Of a stretch of DNA of 64,000 nucleotides, positions 9,756 to 19,084 are shown piece after piece (position 1 is the first letter of the stretch; each line of letters begins with the position of its first letter). The notes beneath the pieces are model-generated. The model was given only the letters and a program-made list of their open reading frames with translations, ran no database searches and was not told where the DNA came from. The translations under genes and the position numbers were made by a program. Source of the DNA: Candidatus Hydrogenedentota bacterium (GTDB lineage Bacteria; Hydrogenedentota; Hydrogenedentia; Hydrogenedentales; SLHB01); the NCBI GenBank assembly GCA_029552745.1, contig JAKPDK010000167.1, positions 73,973-137,972 on the forward strand. The letters run 5' to 3'.

Positions 9756-11567
9756 CTAGTCCAATTCAAACACGGATTTCCAGGAGTCATCTTCTTCCCA
9801 CAGCGGCTGCTCTTTTTTATCGAGAAGAAACGACTCCAAGACCAAATAGTCCATACGCGTCCGCATAAAACATACATAAGCCTCGTGCGGCGTGCAGACA
9901 ATCGGTTCGCCGCGCACATTGAACGACGTGTTGATAAGCACAGGGCAACCCGTCAAGCGCTGAAACGACTGTAGCAAACGGTAAAAGCGAGGATGATATT
10001 TTTCGTCCACGGTTTGGATGCGAGCGGAATTGTCCACATGCGTTACCGCAGGAATGTCCGAACGCACGACACGAAGTTTGTCGAGGCCTTGCGCGTTTTG
10101 CTCAAGGTCGCTGAGTGGTCGTAGCCGTTCGGCACGCACAGGCGCCGTAAGCAACATATACGGGCTGTCACGGTCTAACTCAAAATAGTCAGCCACCTTT
10201 TCCCGAAGTACCGCCGGTGCAAAAGGTCGAAACGACTCGCGAAACTTGATCTTAAGGTTTAATACAGACTGCATCTGGGGCGACCGTGCGTCCGCCAGAA
10301 TGCTGCGCGCACCCAACGCCCGCGGACCAAATTCCATGCGTCCCTGAAACCAACCTACTACATTCCCCTCAGCGATCAAGTGCGCGACACGGTCACACAA
10401 CACGTCCTCACGAAGCTGTTCATAGGTGATTCGGTTTTCTTCAAGATACGATTGTATGGTCTCATCGCTGAATGCGGGACCCAAATAAGACCCTTTCTGT
10501 CTCAACGGATCCGCCACGCGAGGATGATCTAGCACGTGGTGCCATGCGAACAGCGCGGCGCCAAGCGCACTCCCCGCGTCGCTCGCCGCCGGCTGAACCC
10601 ACAAATCCTCAAAGGGACCCTCACGAAGAAGTCGACCATTCGCGACACAGTTCAATGCAACCCCGCCCGCAAGCACGAGGTTCTTTAGCCCGGTACGTCG
10701 ATGGAGGGTTCGCGCCAAACGGAGGATAACCTCTTCGGTGACATCTTGAATCGACCTAGCCAGGTCCATTTCGCGATGCGTAATGGGGTCTTCAGGACGA
10801 CGCGGCGGCCCACCAAATAGTTCGGCGAACCGCGCGTTTGTCATGCGCAAACCACCACAGAAATCGAAATAATCCAGATTTAGCCGATAAGACCCGTCTT
10901 CTTTGATGTGAATCAGCTTGTTGGTAATGAGATCAACATAGCGGGGCTCTCCATAAGGGGCAAGTCCCATCAGTTTGTATTCGCCGCTGTTCACCTTGAA
11001 ACCCGTGAAATACGTAAACGCCGAATACAATAAACCCAGCGAGTGCGGAAAATTGATTTGGTGCGTTAGCTCGATGCGGTTGCCTCTCCCGATGCCTTGC
11101 GTCGTCGTCGCCCACTCTCCTACCCCATCCAAAGTAAGAATGGCGGCTTCCTCGAAAGGACTGGGAAAAAACGCCGCCGCGGCATGTGCTTCATGGTGCT
11201 GGACGAACAAAATGCGTCCCTGATAGCCGACATGTTTTCGGATTGTGGCTCGCATGAACAACTTTTCTTTCAACCACGATGGCATCTGCACCCAGAACGA
11301 AGCGAGCCCCCGTGGCGCAACGGCTAGGTACGTCGACAACAATCGGTCAAATTTCAGGAAAGGCTTTTCGTAAAAGACGACATAGTCAATCTCTTTTTGG
11401 GAAATGCCGGCTTCGTCGAGACAATAGCGAATGGCATGGTCAGGAAAAGCGGGATCATGTTTCTTGCGGGTGAAGCGTTCCTCCTGGACTGCGGCGCGTA
11501 TTTCGCCGTCCTGAATCAAACACGCCGCACTGTCGTGATAAAATGCCGATATACCCAGAATGTTCAT
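9756..11567 (-). CDS. Carbamoyltransferase (NodU/CmcH family)
   Basis: ILGISAFYHDSAA, EERFTRKKH, HHEAHAA, DGVGEW, GGVALNCVANG, EFGPRALG, NTSFNVRGEP. Confidence 0.93.
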   Translation of the reverse strand: MNILGISAFYHDSAACLIQDGEIRAAVQEERFTRKKHDPAFPDHAIRYCLDEAGISQKEIDYVVFYEKPFLKFDRLLSTYLAVAPRGLASFWVQMPSWLKEKLFMRATIRKHVGYQGRILFVQHHEAHAAAAFFPSPFEEAAILTLDGVGEWATTTQGIGRGNRIELTHQINFPHSLGLLYSAFTYFTGFKVNSGEYKLMGLAPYGEPRYVDLITNKLIHIKEDGSYRLNLDYFDFCGGLRMTNARFAELFGGPPRRPEDPITHREMDLARSIQDVTEEVILRLARTLHRRTGLKNLVLAGGVALNCVANGRLLREGPFEDLWVQPAASDAGSALGAALFAWHHVLDHPRVADPLRQKGSYLGPAFSDETIQSYLEENRITYEQLREDVLCDRVAHLIAEGNVVGWFQGRMEFGPRALGARSILADARSPQMQSVLNLKIKFRESFRPFAPAVLREKVADYFELDRDSPYMLLTAPVRAERLRPLSDLEQNAQGLDKLRVVRSDIPAVTHVDNSARIQTVDEKYHPRFYRLLQSFQRLTGCPVLINTSFNVRGEPIVCTPHEAYVCFMRTRMDYLVLESFLLDKKEQPLWEEDDSWKSVFELD

Positions 11568-11746
11568 GCCATCTCCAAAACGGATAATACCCAGCCTCCC
11601 TAAAAGCGTTCAAGCAATTGGATAAGTACAGTACCGTTGGCACTTGTTGTCATGTTAGATGAGCAATCGAAGAGAAAATTTTCTATGAAGGTTATTGAGA
11701 GGAAGGCACTGACGCGAAGCCTCATAGCTAGGTTTGATCTGTCTGT

Positions 11747-12192
11747 GCCCCCATTTAGTCCTCCCGCATGCGGGGGGAAACAACGGTGCGCGCCTCGTTT
11801 GCGACTGTGATTGGCTTAATCCCCCGCACGCGGGGGAAACAACGAGATGTCCCGGATGCCAGGCGATGGCTGAATTAGTCGCCCCCATGGGGGCAAGGGG
11901 AGGGCTGAACCATGGGAGGCGGCGTGGTAGGGGCGAGGCATGCCTCGCCATACGGGGAAGGCGTGGTAGGGCGAGCACGGGGGCTCGCCCCTACAGGGGA
12001 TCGCAGGGAGGGGTTTCACCCTATCTCGTTGGGTTTGATGTCCCCCCGTTGTCATTGCGAGGAGCGAGTCCCCGAGCGACGAAGCAATCCCCTCAACCGC
12101 GTAGCGCAAGAGGGCCTTCTGCCAAGGTTGGGCTATCTCCCAAACCTCGCGGGGATTGCCACGTCGTACCTGCGGCACTCCTCGCAATGACA
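11747..12192. repeat. Composite palindrome cluster: three CCCCGC/GCGGGG-type hairpins, two GTAG REPs and one full TGTCATTGCGAG...CTCGCAATGACA element (12050-12192)
   Basis: Direct reading; each unit type is palindromic, and the GTAG and TGTCATTGCGAG types recur elsewhere in the window. Confidence 0.85.
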
Positions 12193-12349
12193 ACCGGGCG
12201 TACAAGCCTAGTCTACGCCCTCGATGCAGTGCCGAAGGTTTGTGAACTTATGCATGTCTCGAAGCTAATCCCGCGCGAGCGGCAACTTGCACGTCTCGGA
12301 TGATTGAATAACACGGTTATTTGTGCTCTGTGCTAAAATGCACCCACGT

Positions 12350-13582
12350 ATGAATAAGGAACTGGTATATCTAGCGAGTGAATATCCCGCCGTTTCGCAT
12401 ACGTTTGTTTTCCGCGAGATACAGGCGCTGCGAAGCTTGGGATTCGTCATTGACACCGCCTCCATCCGGAAGTCCGATCGTCTGGAGGTGATGTCGCAGG
12501 CAGAACGGTCTGAAGCGGAAAACACCTTCTACGTGAAGGCGCAGCCGTGGCTTCTTATTTTGCTTGCCCACGCGCAGCTGTTCTTTCGCGCACCGCATCG
12601 CTATATGGCAATGGCGCTGCATGCCTTGCGCTATCGTTTTCGCGCTCCGCTTCGTTCGGTTGCGGCTTTGGGATATTTTGTGGAAGCCGGCATCTTGGTT
12701 TACTGGATGTTGAAACGGCGAAGGCGACACGTCCACGTCCACTTTGCCAACCCTGCTGCAACCGTCGCGCTGATCGCATCGCGGTCGGGATGGGTCACGT
12801 TCAGTTTAAGTGTCCATGGCCCCGACGTCTTCTATAACGTCGACAAGAATCTATTGGAAGAGAAATTTAAGCACGCCGTATTCGTCCGATGCATCAGTTA
12901 CTATTGCCTTAGCCAAGTCCAACGACTTTTGCCCATTGATCAATGGTCAAAATGCGCCATCGTCCGGTGCGGAATCGACCTCGCTCAATTTCAACCGAGA
13001 CCGTCTCCCGTTGCGAATCCCCCCGAGATCCTTTGCGTCGGCCGTTTGACACCCGCAAAGGGGCAAGCCGTGCTGTTGCATGCCTGCCGCCTATTGCGCG
13101 TTCGGGGCAGGGCGTTTCATCTCACACTAGTCGGAGACGGTCCAGACCGCGTGATGCTGGAATCCCTCGCGCAGGAATTGGAAATAGCCGATGCAGTGCA
13201 TTTTGCTGGCGCGGTGGGTCAACATGAGATTCAGGCTTACTATGACCGGGCTACCGTCTTTGTGCTGCCCAGTTTTGCGGAAGGGTTACCGGTTGTCCTC
13301 ATGGAAGCAATGGCAAAAGGGGTGCCCTGTCTGTCGACACGCATAACCGGCATCCCCGAACTTATTCGCCACGGCGAAAATGGGCTGCTCGTCACTCCGG
13401 CTGATGTGCAAGGTCTTGCGGTTGCCATTGAAGAGCTCCTACGTGAACCATCCACATGCGAACGTTTTTCCAATGAGGGACGCGCCACCGTGGAACGAGA
13501 CTTCGACCTGGGAAAAAATGCAAGCACGATGGCTTCGTTGTTCAACCAGTACCTATTTTCAGACGAGGCAGACCCGCCATGA
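12350..13582 (+). CDS. Glycosyltransferase family 4 (WcaL-like)
   Basis: YPAVSHTFVFRE, HVHVHFAN, VGRLTPAKG, SFAEGLPVVLMEAMA; start chosen at ATG 12350. Confidence 0.88.
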   Translation: MNKELVYLASEYPAVSHTFVFREIQALRSLGFVIDTASIRKSDRLEVMSQAERSEAENTFYVKAQPWLLILLAHAQLFFRAPHRYMAMALHALRYRFRAPLRSVAALGYFVEAGILVYWMLKRRRRHVHVHFANPAATVALIASRSGWVTFSLSVHGPDVFYNVDKNLLEEKFKHAVFVRCISYYCLSQVQRLLPIDQWSKCAIVRCGIDLAQFQPRPSPVANPPEILCVGRLTPAKGQAVLLHACRLLRVRGRAFHLTLVGDGPDRVMLESLAQELEIADAVHFAGAVGQHEIQAYYDRATVFVLPSFAEGLPVVLMEAMAKGVPCLSTRITGIPELIRHGENGLLVTPADVQGLAVAIEELLREPSTCERFSNEGRATVERDFDLGKNASTMASLFNQYLFSDEADPP

Positions 13583-14823
13583 TGATCTTTTTTGACGTCG
13601 CTCTCATCATCCTTGGCGCCTATGTGCTTATCGTCACAATGCATCTTGTCCTTTTGAGCGCCGCCGCATGCCTCCCACGGGCTGCACGCAACAACCCGCA
13701 CCTAGAACCCATCAAGATTGCCGTGGTTGTCCCCGCGCATAACGAAGAAGCGACGATTGCCAAGACCGTTGCAAACATTCTGGCTTGTGATTATCCAAGG
13801 GAACACCGTTCCTTGTTCGTCATCGCAGACAACTGTTCTGACAACACGGCAGCGCGTGCCAAAGAAGCGGGTGCAGTCGTTGTCGTGCGTGTCGATCCCG
13901 ACAACCGCGGCAAAGGCCAAGCCCTCGACTGGTTTCTGCGCTGCCATAGCATGTCTTTGAAGCCATATGACGTTCTGGTACTTCTCGACGCGGATGTTGA
14001 GGTAGCCCCGGACTTTTTGAGGGCAATGCGGGATGCGTTTGCAGACCCCACAGTTCAAGCCGGTCAATCGTATAACGGCGTCGCGAACCCTTCAGAAAAC
14101 TGGCGGACCGCGCTGACTTACGCGGGCTTCGCCGGCGTCAATCACTTGAGACCGTTGGGGCAAATGCGCCTATTCGGCGGGACCATGTTGAAAGGGACGG
14201 GTATGGCGTTCCGTACCGATGTACTCTTGGCACAGGGTTGGCCGCCACGTTCTATCGTGGAGGACATGGAGATGACTTTGACCTTGGCACAAACCGGCGT
14301 CGCCGTGCACTATGTCCCCGAAGCGCGGATGGTTTCTTGTGCAGAAAAAACCGCCTCCCAAGCAAGCTCGCAGCGACGCCGTTGGGAAGGAGGCAGGTTT
14401 CAGCTCATGGCTCATTATGTGCCGCGTCTTCTGTTTTCGAGCGCGCGTAGACCCCGGCTGCTGCTGTTAGGGTTGTTACTGGAATTGTTGACCCCACCGT
14501 TGACCGTGACGGTGTTGACCACCGTACTATGGGGCGTTGTTTTATTAGTCCGGGGATGGTACGAAGCCAGTGGGGTCGCCGCGTTGTGTCTTGCGGGTTT
14601 AGGGGTTTACGTCGCCACTGCCTTGTATCTGGTCCGAGCGCCGCGTCGCGTTTGGGCAGCACTTCTGCAAGCACCCTTCTTTATCGTGTGGAAATTCGTC
14701 GTTTATTGTGGTTTAATCTTGCACCCAGAAAAGAATTGGGTGAGGACGGCGCGCACCTCGTCGCCTCGCGAGCCTCGAGACTCGGAAGAGTCGCCGCCGA
14801 TGAAAGAGGACAACGTTGTATGA
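13579..14823 (+). CDS. Glycosyltransferase family 2, membrane-bound
   Basis: VVVPAHNEE, ADNCSD, LDAD (DxD), IVED, QRRRW motif, C-terminal TM helices. Confidence 0.88.
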   Translation: MMIFFDVALIILGAYVLIVTMHLVLLSAAACLPRAARNNPHLEPIKIAVVVPAHNEEATIAKTVANILACDYPREHRSLFVIADNCSDNTAARAKEAGAVVVVRVDPDNRGKGQALDWFLRCHSMSLKPYDVLVLLDADVEVAPDFLRAMRDAFADPTVQAGQSYNGVANPSENWRTALTYAGFAGVNHLRPLGQMRLFGGTMLKGTGMAFRTDVLLAQGWPPRSIVEDMEMTLTLAQTGVAVHYVPEARMVSCAEKTASQASSQRRRWEGGRFQLMAHYVPRLLFSSARRPRLLLLGLLLELLTPPLTVTVLTTVLWGVVLLVRGWYEASGVAALCLAGLGVYVATALYLVRAPRRVWAALLQAPFFIVWKFVVYCGLILHPEKNWVRTARTSSPREPRDSEESPPMKEDNVV

Positions 14824-16094
14824 ACTTGTTGTGTGGAAGTTCTGCGCTACGCGGAGAGGTCACGATCCCTGGATCGAAGTCGCACACGATCCGTGCGGTT
14901 GCCATCGCTGCTTTGGCGGACGGCGAAAGTCATATAGAACGTCCATTGGAATCCGATGATGCGCGCGCTGCCGTGACGGTTTACGGCGCGCTGGGCGCTG
15001 AAATCGAAACAAGCAACGACGTTTGGCGCGTACAGGGCACGGGCGGCAATCTTCGAATACCCGAGAACGTCCTCGATGTTGGAAATTCCGGCACAACGCT
15101 GCGATTGGCGATGGGTTCATGTGCGCTGCTCCGTGAAGGGCTTGCTGTGCTCACGGGCGATGACCAAATCAGACGTCGTCCCGGCGGTCCCTTGGCACAG
15201 GCGCTCACCAACCTTGGCGCCTGCGTACAATCCACCCGCAACAACGGCTGCGCGCCGTTTGTTGTGCGCGGCAGACTGCAAGGTGGAAAAACAAGCATTG
15301 AAGCGATCACCAGTCAGTATCTGTCAAGTCTGCTTCTTAACACACCTCTTGGCGATAATGACACGGTCATCGAAGTACCCGTGCTGAATGAACAACCGTA
15401 CGTGGAAATGACCCTGGATTGGCTGGCACGGCAAGGCGTTGTAATTGAGAATGAAAACTTCAAGCGTTTCTATGTACGGGGAGGACAACACTACAAGCCC
15501 GTGCGCCGCGCCATACCTGCCGACTTCTCCAGTGCGACCTTCTTCCTTGCTGCTGGTGCCCTACCGGGAAATGACATTCTCGTGCGTGGGCTCGATATGA
15601 ACGATACACAAGGCGACAAAGCGGTTGTGGATTACGTAAAGAGCATGGGCGCCAACGTGCAGATTCAGCCGGAAGGTATCCGCGTAGCCGCCCAGGACCT
15701 CGTCGGACGCGAAATCGATTTGAACGCAACACCCGATGCGTTGCCCATGCTGGCGGTGTTGGCTTGTTTTGCCCGAGGAACCACACGGCTTGTCAACGTG
15801 CCACAGGCACGGCTAAAAGAAACCGACCGTATCGCGGTGATGCGTGAGGAACTGACCAAACTGGGCGGCAAAATCACCGAACTGCCCGACGGGTTGGTAA
15901 TCGAAGAAAGTAGGCTACACAGCGGAACGGTAGAGGGACACGGCGATCACCGGGTGATCATGGCACTCGCGATCGGCGCCACTCAAATCCCCGGAACAAC
16001 CCGCATCCGGGGGTGCGAAGCTATGTCAGTCACGTATCCGACCTTTGTCGAGACGGTGTCACAATTGGGCGGCAACGTACAAGTAGAAAAGTAA
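14820..16094 (+). CDS. aroA: 3-phosphoshikimate 1-carboxyvinyltransferase (EPSP synthase)
   Basis: PGSKSHTIR, DVGNSGTTLR, TSQYLSSLL, DFSSA, RLKETDRI, GDHRVIMA; ATG overlaps upstream TGA (ATGA). Confidence 0.95.
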   Translation: MNLLCGSSALRGEVTIPGSKSHTIRAVAIAALADGESHIERPLESDDARAAVTVYGALGAEIETSNDVWRVQGTGGNLRIPENVLDVGNSGTTLRLAMGSCALLREGLAVLTGDDQIRRRPGGPLAQALTNLGACVQSTRNNGCAPFVVRGRLQGGKTSIEAITSQYLSSLLLNTPLGDNDTVIEVPVLNEQPYVEMTLDWLARQGVVIENENFKRFYVRGGQHYKPVRRAIPADFSSATFFLAAGALPGNDILVRGLDMNDTQGDKAVVDYVKSMGANVQIQPEGIRVAAQDLVGREIDLNATPDALPMLAVLACFARGTTRLVNVPQARLKETDRIAVMREELTKLGGKITELPDGLVIEESRLHSGTVEGHGDHRVIMALAIGATQIPGTTRIRGCEAMSVTYPTFVETVSQLGGNVQVEK

Positions 16095-16122
16095 ACGGAC
16101 TCATCAGGAAGGAGGTTCGGTC

Positions 16123-17445
16123 ATGTTAGGGTGCAGTTACGGACGCTTGTTTCAAGTCGCAATCGCAGGTGGTTCCTATCAGGAAGGACTTACTGTTCAC
16201 ATCCAGGGCGTTCCCCCAGGATTGCTCATCACTGAGGAAGAAATCTACCGAGACCTCCTGCTGCGCAAGCCCGGACAAGGTGAGTTGACCTCACCGCGGC
16301 GCGAACCCGACGTACCGGTGATCTACAGCGGCGTCAATGCCGCCGACACCATGCCCGGGTTTAACAACAAAGGCAGAACAAACGGCACTCCTTTTGTCAT
16401 TCTGATCCCAAATCTCGACCGACATTTTGAACACATCGAACAATACCAGCTGACAAATCGGACACCTCGTCCGGGGCATGCTTCTTATGCATCCTATCAA
16501 AAATACGGGGAATGGGATGATGCTATCGGCGCAGGATTTTTTAGCGGACGCTATACATCAACCATCGTCGCTGCGGGAGTCGTCGCAAAACGTATATTGA
16601 AGGAACACGGTATTGAGGTGTTCGGCTATGTCAAAGAGGCGGCCGGTGTTCGTGCCCCGGATGTCGACCTGCTTACCGCAAAACAAAAAGTGGAGACATT
16701 CAAGGAAATTCGGCGCCGCCATGACGTGATCTACGACTGGGTATTCGGTGAAAAGCGCATTACACCGGATATGCGGTTTCTTCAAAAGATGGCAGTGCTT
16801 GCGGAACTCGAGCAACGTCTTATTCAAATTCGCGCCGAATCAAAACCCATGGATATCGACGCCGTTCGCAAAGAATATGGTATCCATCCGCTTCTCAACT
16901 GCCCCGACCCCGACGCCGCAGAAGAAATGTACAAGAAAATCATCGAGATTCGTGACCAAGGTGACTCCAGCGGCGGCCTCGTCGAAATTGTGGCGCTAGG
17001 GATGCCGGTGGGAGTTGGCGAACCAATGTTCAGCAAGCTGGATGGAGAACTCGGACGTATGATGAGCATCGGCACCATCAAAGCCGTCGAAATCGGCGCC
17101 GGTTATGCCGTCAAAGACATGACCGGTTCTCAATGCAACGACCAAATGCGCGTCGAAAACGGCAAAGTCGTTTTCAAGAGCAATCACGCCGGCGGTATCA
17201 CCGGCGGTCTCACCACCGGTCAGCCTATCGTGGCGCGGCTCGCCGTCAAACCAACGCCCACCATCGCCAAAGATCAAGAAACCATTGATAAAGTGTCACT
17301 CGAAAACGCCACCCTACGTGCTGTCACACGTCGCGACCCCACCATCGTGGCGCGGGTGTGGCCTGTGGCGGAAGCCTTCATGGCGATCGTGCTGCTGGAT
17401 CAGTATATGATGCACCTGGGCTATCGTGCCCTGTGGGCAAAATGA
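16123..17445 (+). CDS. aroC: Chorismate synthase, divergent, with insertion
   Basis: TSPRREPD, PRPGHA, GDSSGG, KAVEIGAG, SNHAGGITGGLTTG, KPTPTI; lies between aroA and aroK. Confidence 0.85.
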   Translation: MLGCSYGRLFQVAIAGGSYQEGLTVHIQGVPPGLLITEEEIYRDLLLRKPGQGELTSPRREPDVPVIYSGVNAADTMPGFNNKGRTNGTPFVILIPNLDRHFEHIEQYQLTNRTPRPGHASYASYQKYGEWDDAIGAGFFSGRYTSTIVAAGVVAKRILKEHGIEVFGYVKEAAGVRAPDVDLLTAKQKVETFKEIRRRHDVIYDWVFGEKRITPDMRFLQKMAVLAELEQRLIQIRAESKPMDIDAVRKEYGIHPLLNCPDPDAAEEMYKKIIEIRDQGDSSGGLVEIVALGMPVGVGEPMFSKLDGELGRMMSIGTIKAVEIGAGYAVKDMTGSQCNDQMRVENGKVVFKSNHAGGITGGLTTGQPIVARLAVKPTPTIAKDQETIDKVSLENATLRAVTRRDPTIVARVWPVAEAFMAIVLLDQYMMHLGYRALWAK

Positions 17446-17609
17446 GAAGGAGTGGTATTTTTACAACCCGGTAAACGTCTCCCAGCGGCGGCTCAAACCG
17501 TTCTCATGAGGAACCGAAAACGTCCGGAATGCTACGGACATCGGGAGCGTTTTATCAAGATACCCGGCGTGGTAGAATTATCCACAGGCTGAACCAGAAA
17601 GGAAACGAC

Positions 17610-18119
17610 GTGAACATCATTCTCATAGGATTTCGCGGCACCGGCAAATCGAGTGTGGCGGAACTCGTCGCCATGGCAACCAACCGCGACGTGTTTCACA
17701 TGGACAGCGCCATCGCTGAACTAGCCAAGTGCCCCACCGCGCAATTCGTGAAAGAAAAAGGGTGGGAAGCCTTCTGGGAGCTGGAACAACGCGTCGCCCA
17801 GGAAGCAGCACAAAAACAGAATACCGTCATCGATACCGGCGGCGGGGTCATCCGACACGAAGACCACATGGCGGCTTTGAAAAAAACCGGTGTTGTCTTT
17901 TGGCTCACCGCACAACCCTCTACCATTCGAGAGCGGCTCAGTGAGTTCAAAGACAGACCCTCTATCACGCCACATCGTTCCTTTCTCGACGAAGTAGAAG
18001 AAGTCCTGGAAGCCCGCGAACCATTTTACGCGCAATACGCTGACCACCAAATCCCCACCGACAACCGTACCCTGGGCGAAATAGCGAACGACATTATTCA
18101 AATCGTCTGCGGGGGTTGA
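17610..18119 (+). CDS. aroK: Shikimate kinase
   Basis: LIGFRGTGKS, GWEAFWELE, IDTGGG, REPFY; GTG start after AAAGGA RBS. Confidence 0.9.
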   Translation: MNIILIGFRGTGKSSVAELVAMATNRDVFHMDSAIAELAKCPTAQFVKEKGWEAFWELEQRVAQEAAQKQNTVIDTGGGVIRHEDHMAALKKTGVVFWLTAQPSTIRERLSEFKDRPSITPHRSFLDEVEEVLEAREPFYAQYADHQIPTDNRTLGEIANDIIQIVCGG

Positions 18120-18202
18120 GGCAATTCCCCCGGTATTCGGCAATCACAACCCAGACTGACGCCGACCTCGCCGCCACCCAGGACAAAAGCCGCCCTCCAC
18201 AT

Positions 18203-18384
18203 TGTCATTGCGAGGAGTGCCGCCAACCACGACGTCTTCTCGCTCTAGGTCTTCAGGTTGTTGTTGGAGGAGTGCCGTCAGGCACGACCTCTTCTTGCGC
18301 TACGTCCCCAGGTTGTCATTGCGAGGAGCCCCGAAGGGGCGACGTGGCAATCCCCTCGGGAATCCGAAGATGACCCTGCCCTGA
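18203..18384. repeat. Three tandem TGTCATTGCGAGGAG-type arms (middle one degenerate)
   Basis: Arms start at ~18203, ~18259 and 18314. Confidence 0.8.
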
Positions 18385-18505
18385 ATATTGACCCCGAGTG
18401 TGATGACGTGACCTTTTCTTCAAATTCGCTCTTCCCTTCCAGTTGGACGGAACAACAACGACCTGTGCATAATGAGGAGACAAAACAACTAGGAGTTTTT
18501 CACAC

Positions 18506-19084
18506 ATGCCAATGCCAGTTGAATTTCTCCCCACTGAGTTAGAAGGGGTCATGGTGGTGCGTTCCGGACGCGCGGATGATCAGCGAGGGTACTTTTGCGA
18601 ATTGTATTCGGAGAAAATGTGGGCAGAGAAAGGGATGCACGTCCGTTTCGTACAAGACAATTTGAGTTTCTCGCATAAGGGCGTGTTGCGCGGGCTCCAT
18701 TACCAAATAGAGCCCTATGCGATCGGCAAATTTGTGCGCGTATTACGAGGCGCTGCGTTTGATGTTGCGGTAGATCTCCGTCGGGGTTCGCCCACGTTTG
18801 GCAAGTGGATGGGTATGATTTTGAAGGAATGCGATAGTCTCGCTTTGTGGATACCTGCTGGGTTTGCGCACGGCTTCCTAGCATTAGAAGACAACACGAC
18901 CATGTTGTACAAGGGAACGACACCCCACGTGCCCGAAGCCGAGCGAACCCTGTCATATCGTTGTCCGCGGGTTGGCGTGGTTTGGCCCTTTGAGCCACGG
19001 ATCATCTCGCCCAAAGACGAAAACGCCCCCGATCTGGATCACGCCGAAATCAACTTCACGTATCGTCCTCAAACATCAGCCTGA
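18506..19084 (+). CDS. rmlC: dTDP-4-dehydrorhamnose 3,5-epimerase
   Basis: DQRGYF, FVQDNLS, GVLRGLHYQ, DVAVDLRRGSPTFGKW, PAGFAHGF. Confidence 0.93.
   Translation: MPMPVEFLPTELEGVMVVRSGRADDQRGYFCELYSEKMWAEKGMHVRFVQDNLSFSHKGVLRGLHYQIEPYAIGKFVRVLRGAAFDVAVDLRRGSPTFGKWMGMILKECDSLALWIPAGFAHGFLALEDNTTMLYKGTTPHVPEAERTLSYRCPRVGVVWPFEPRIISPKDENAPDLDHAEINFTYRPQTSA

Noticed and set aside
9297..11567. Saxitoxin biosynthesis cluster
   Set aside because: Only the widespread carbamoyltransferase/SxtJ-like pair is present; no sxtA, sxtG or other core genes.
11655..12303. Overlapping ORFs of 90-190 aa here and in other repeat clusters (18116-18552, 26348-26806, 35170-35664, 38732-39055, 43709-44292, 53724-54253)
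   Set aside because: They are translations of the palindromes (recurring CHCEE, SLRGA, VIARS, LLAMT), with no RBS or family motifs.
14529..14819. N-terminal extensions given in the ORF track for aroA (also 55688 GT4, 46127 PhoD, 21472 hypothetical)
   Set aside because: They overlap upstream genes or promoters; downstream starts with RBS or stop-start coupling fit the family N-termini better.
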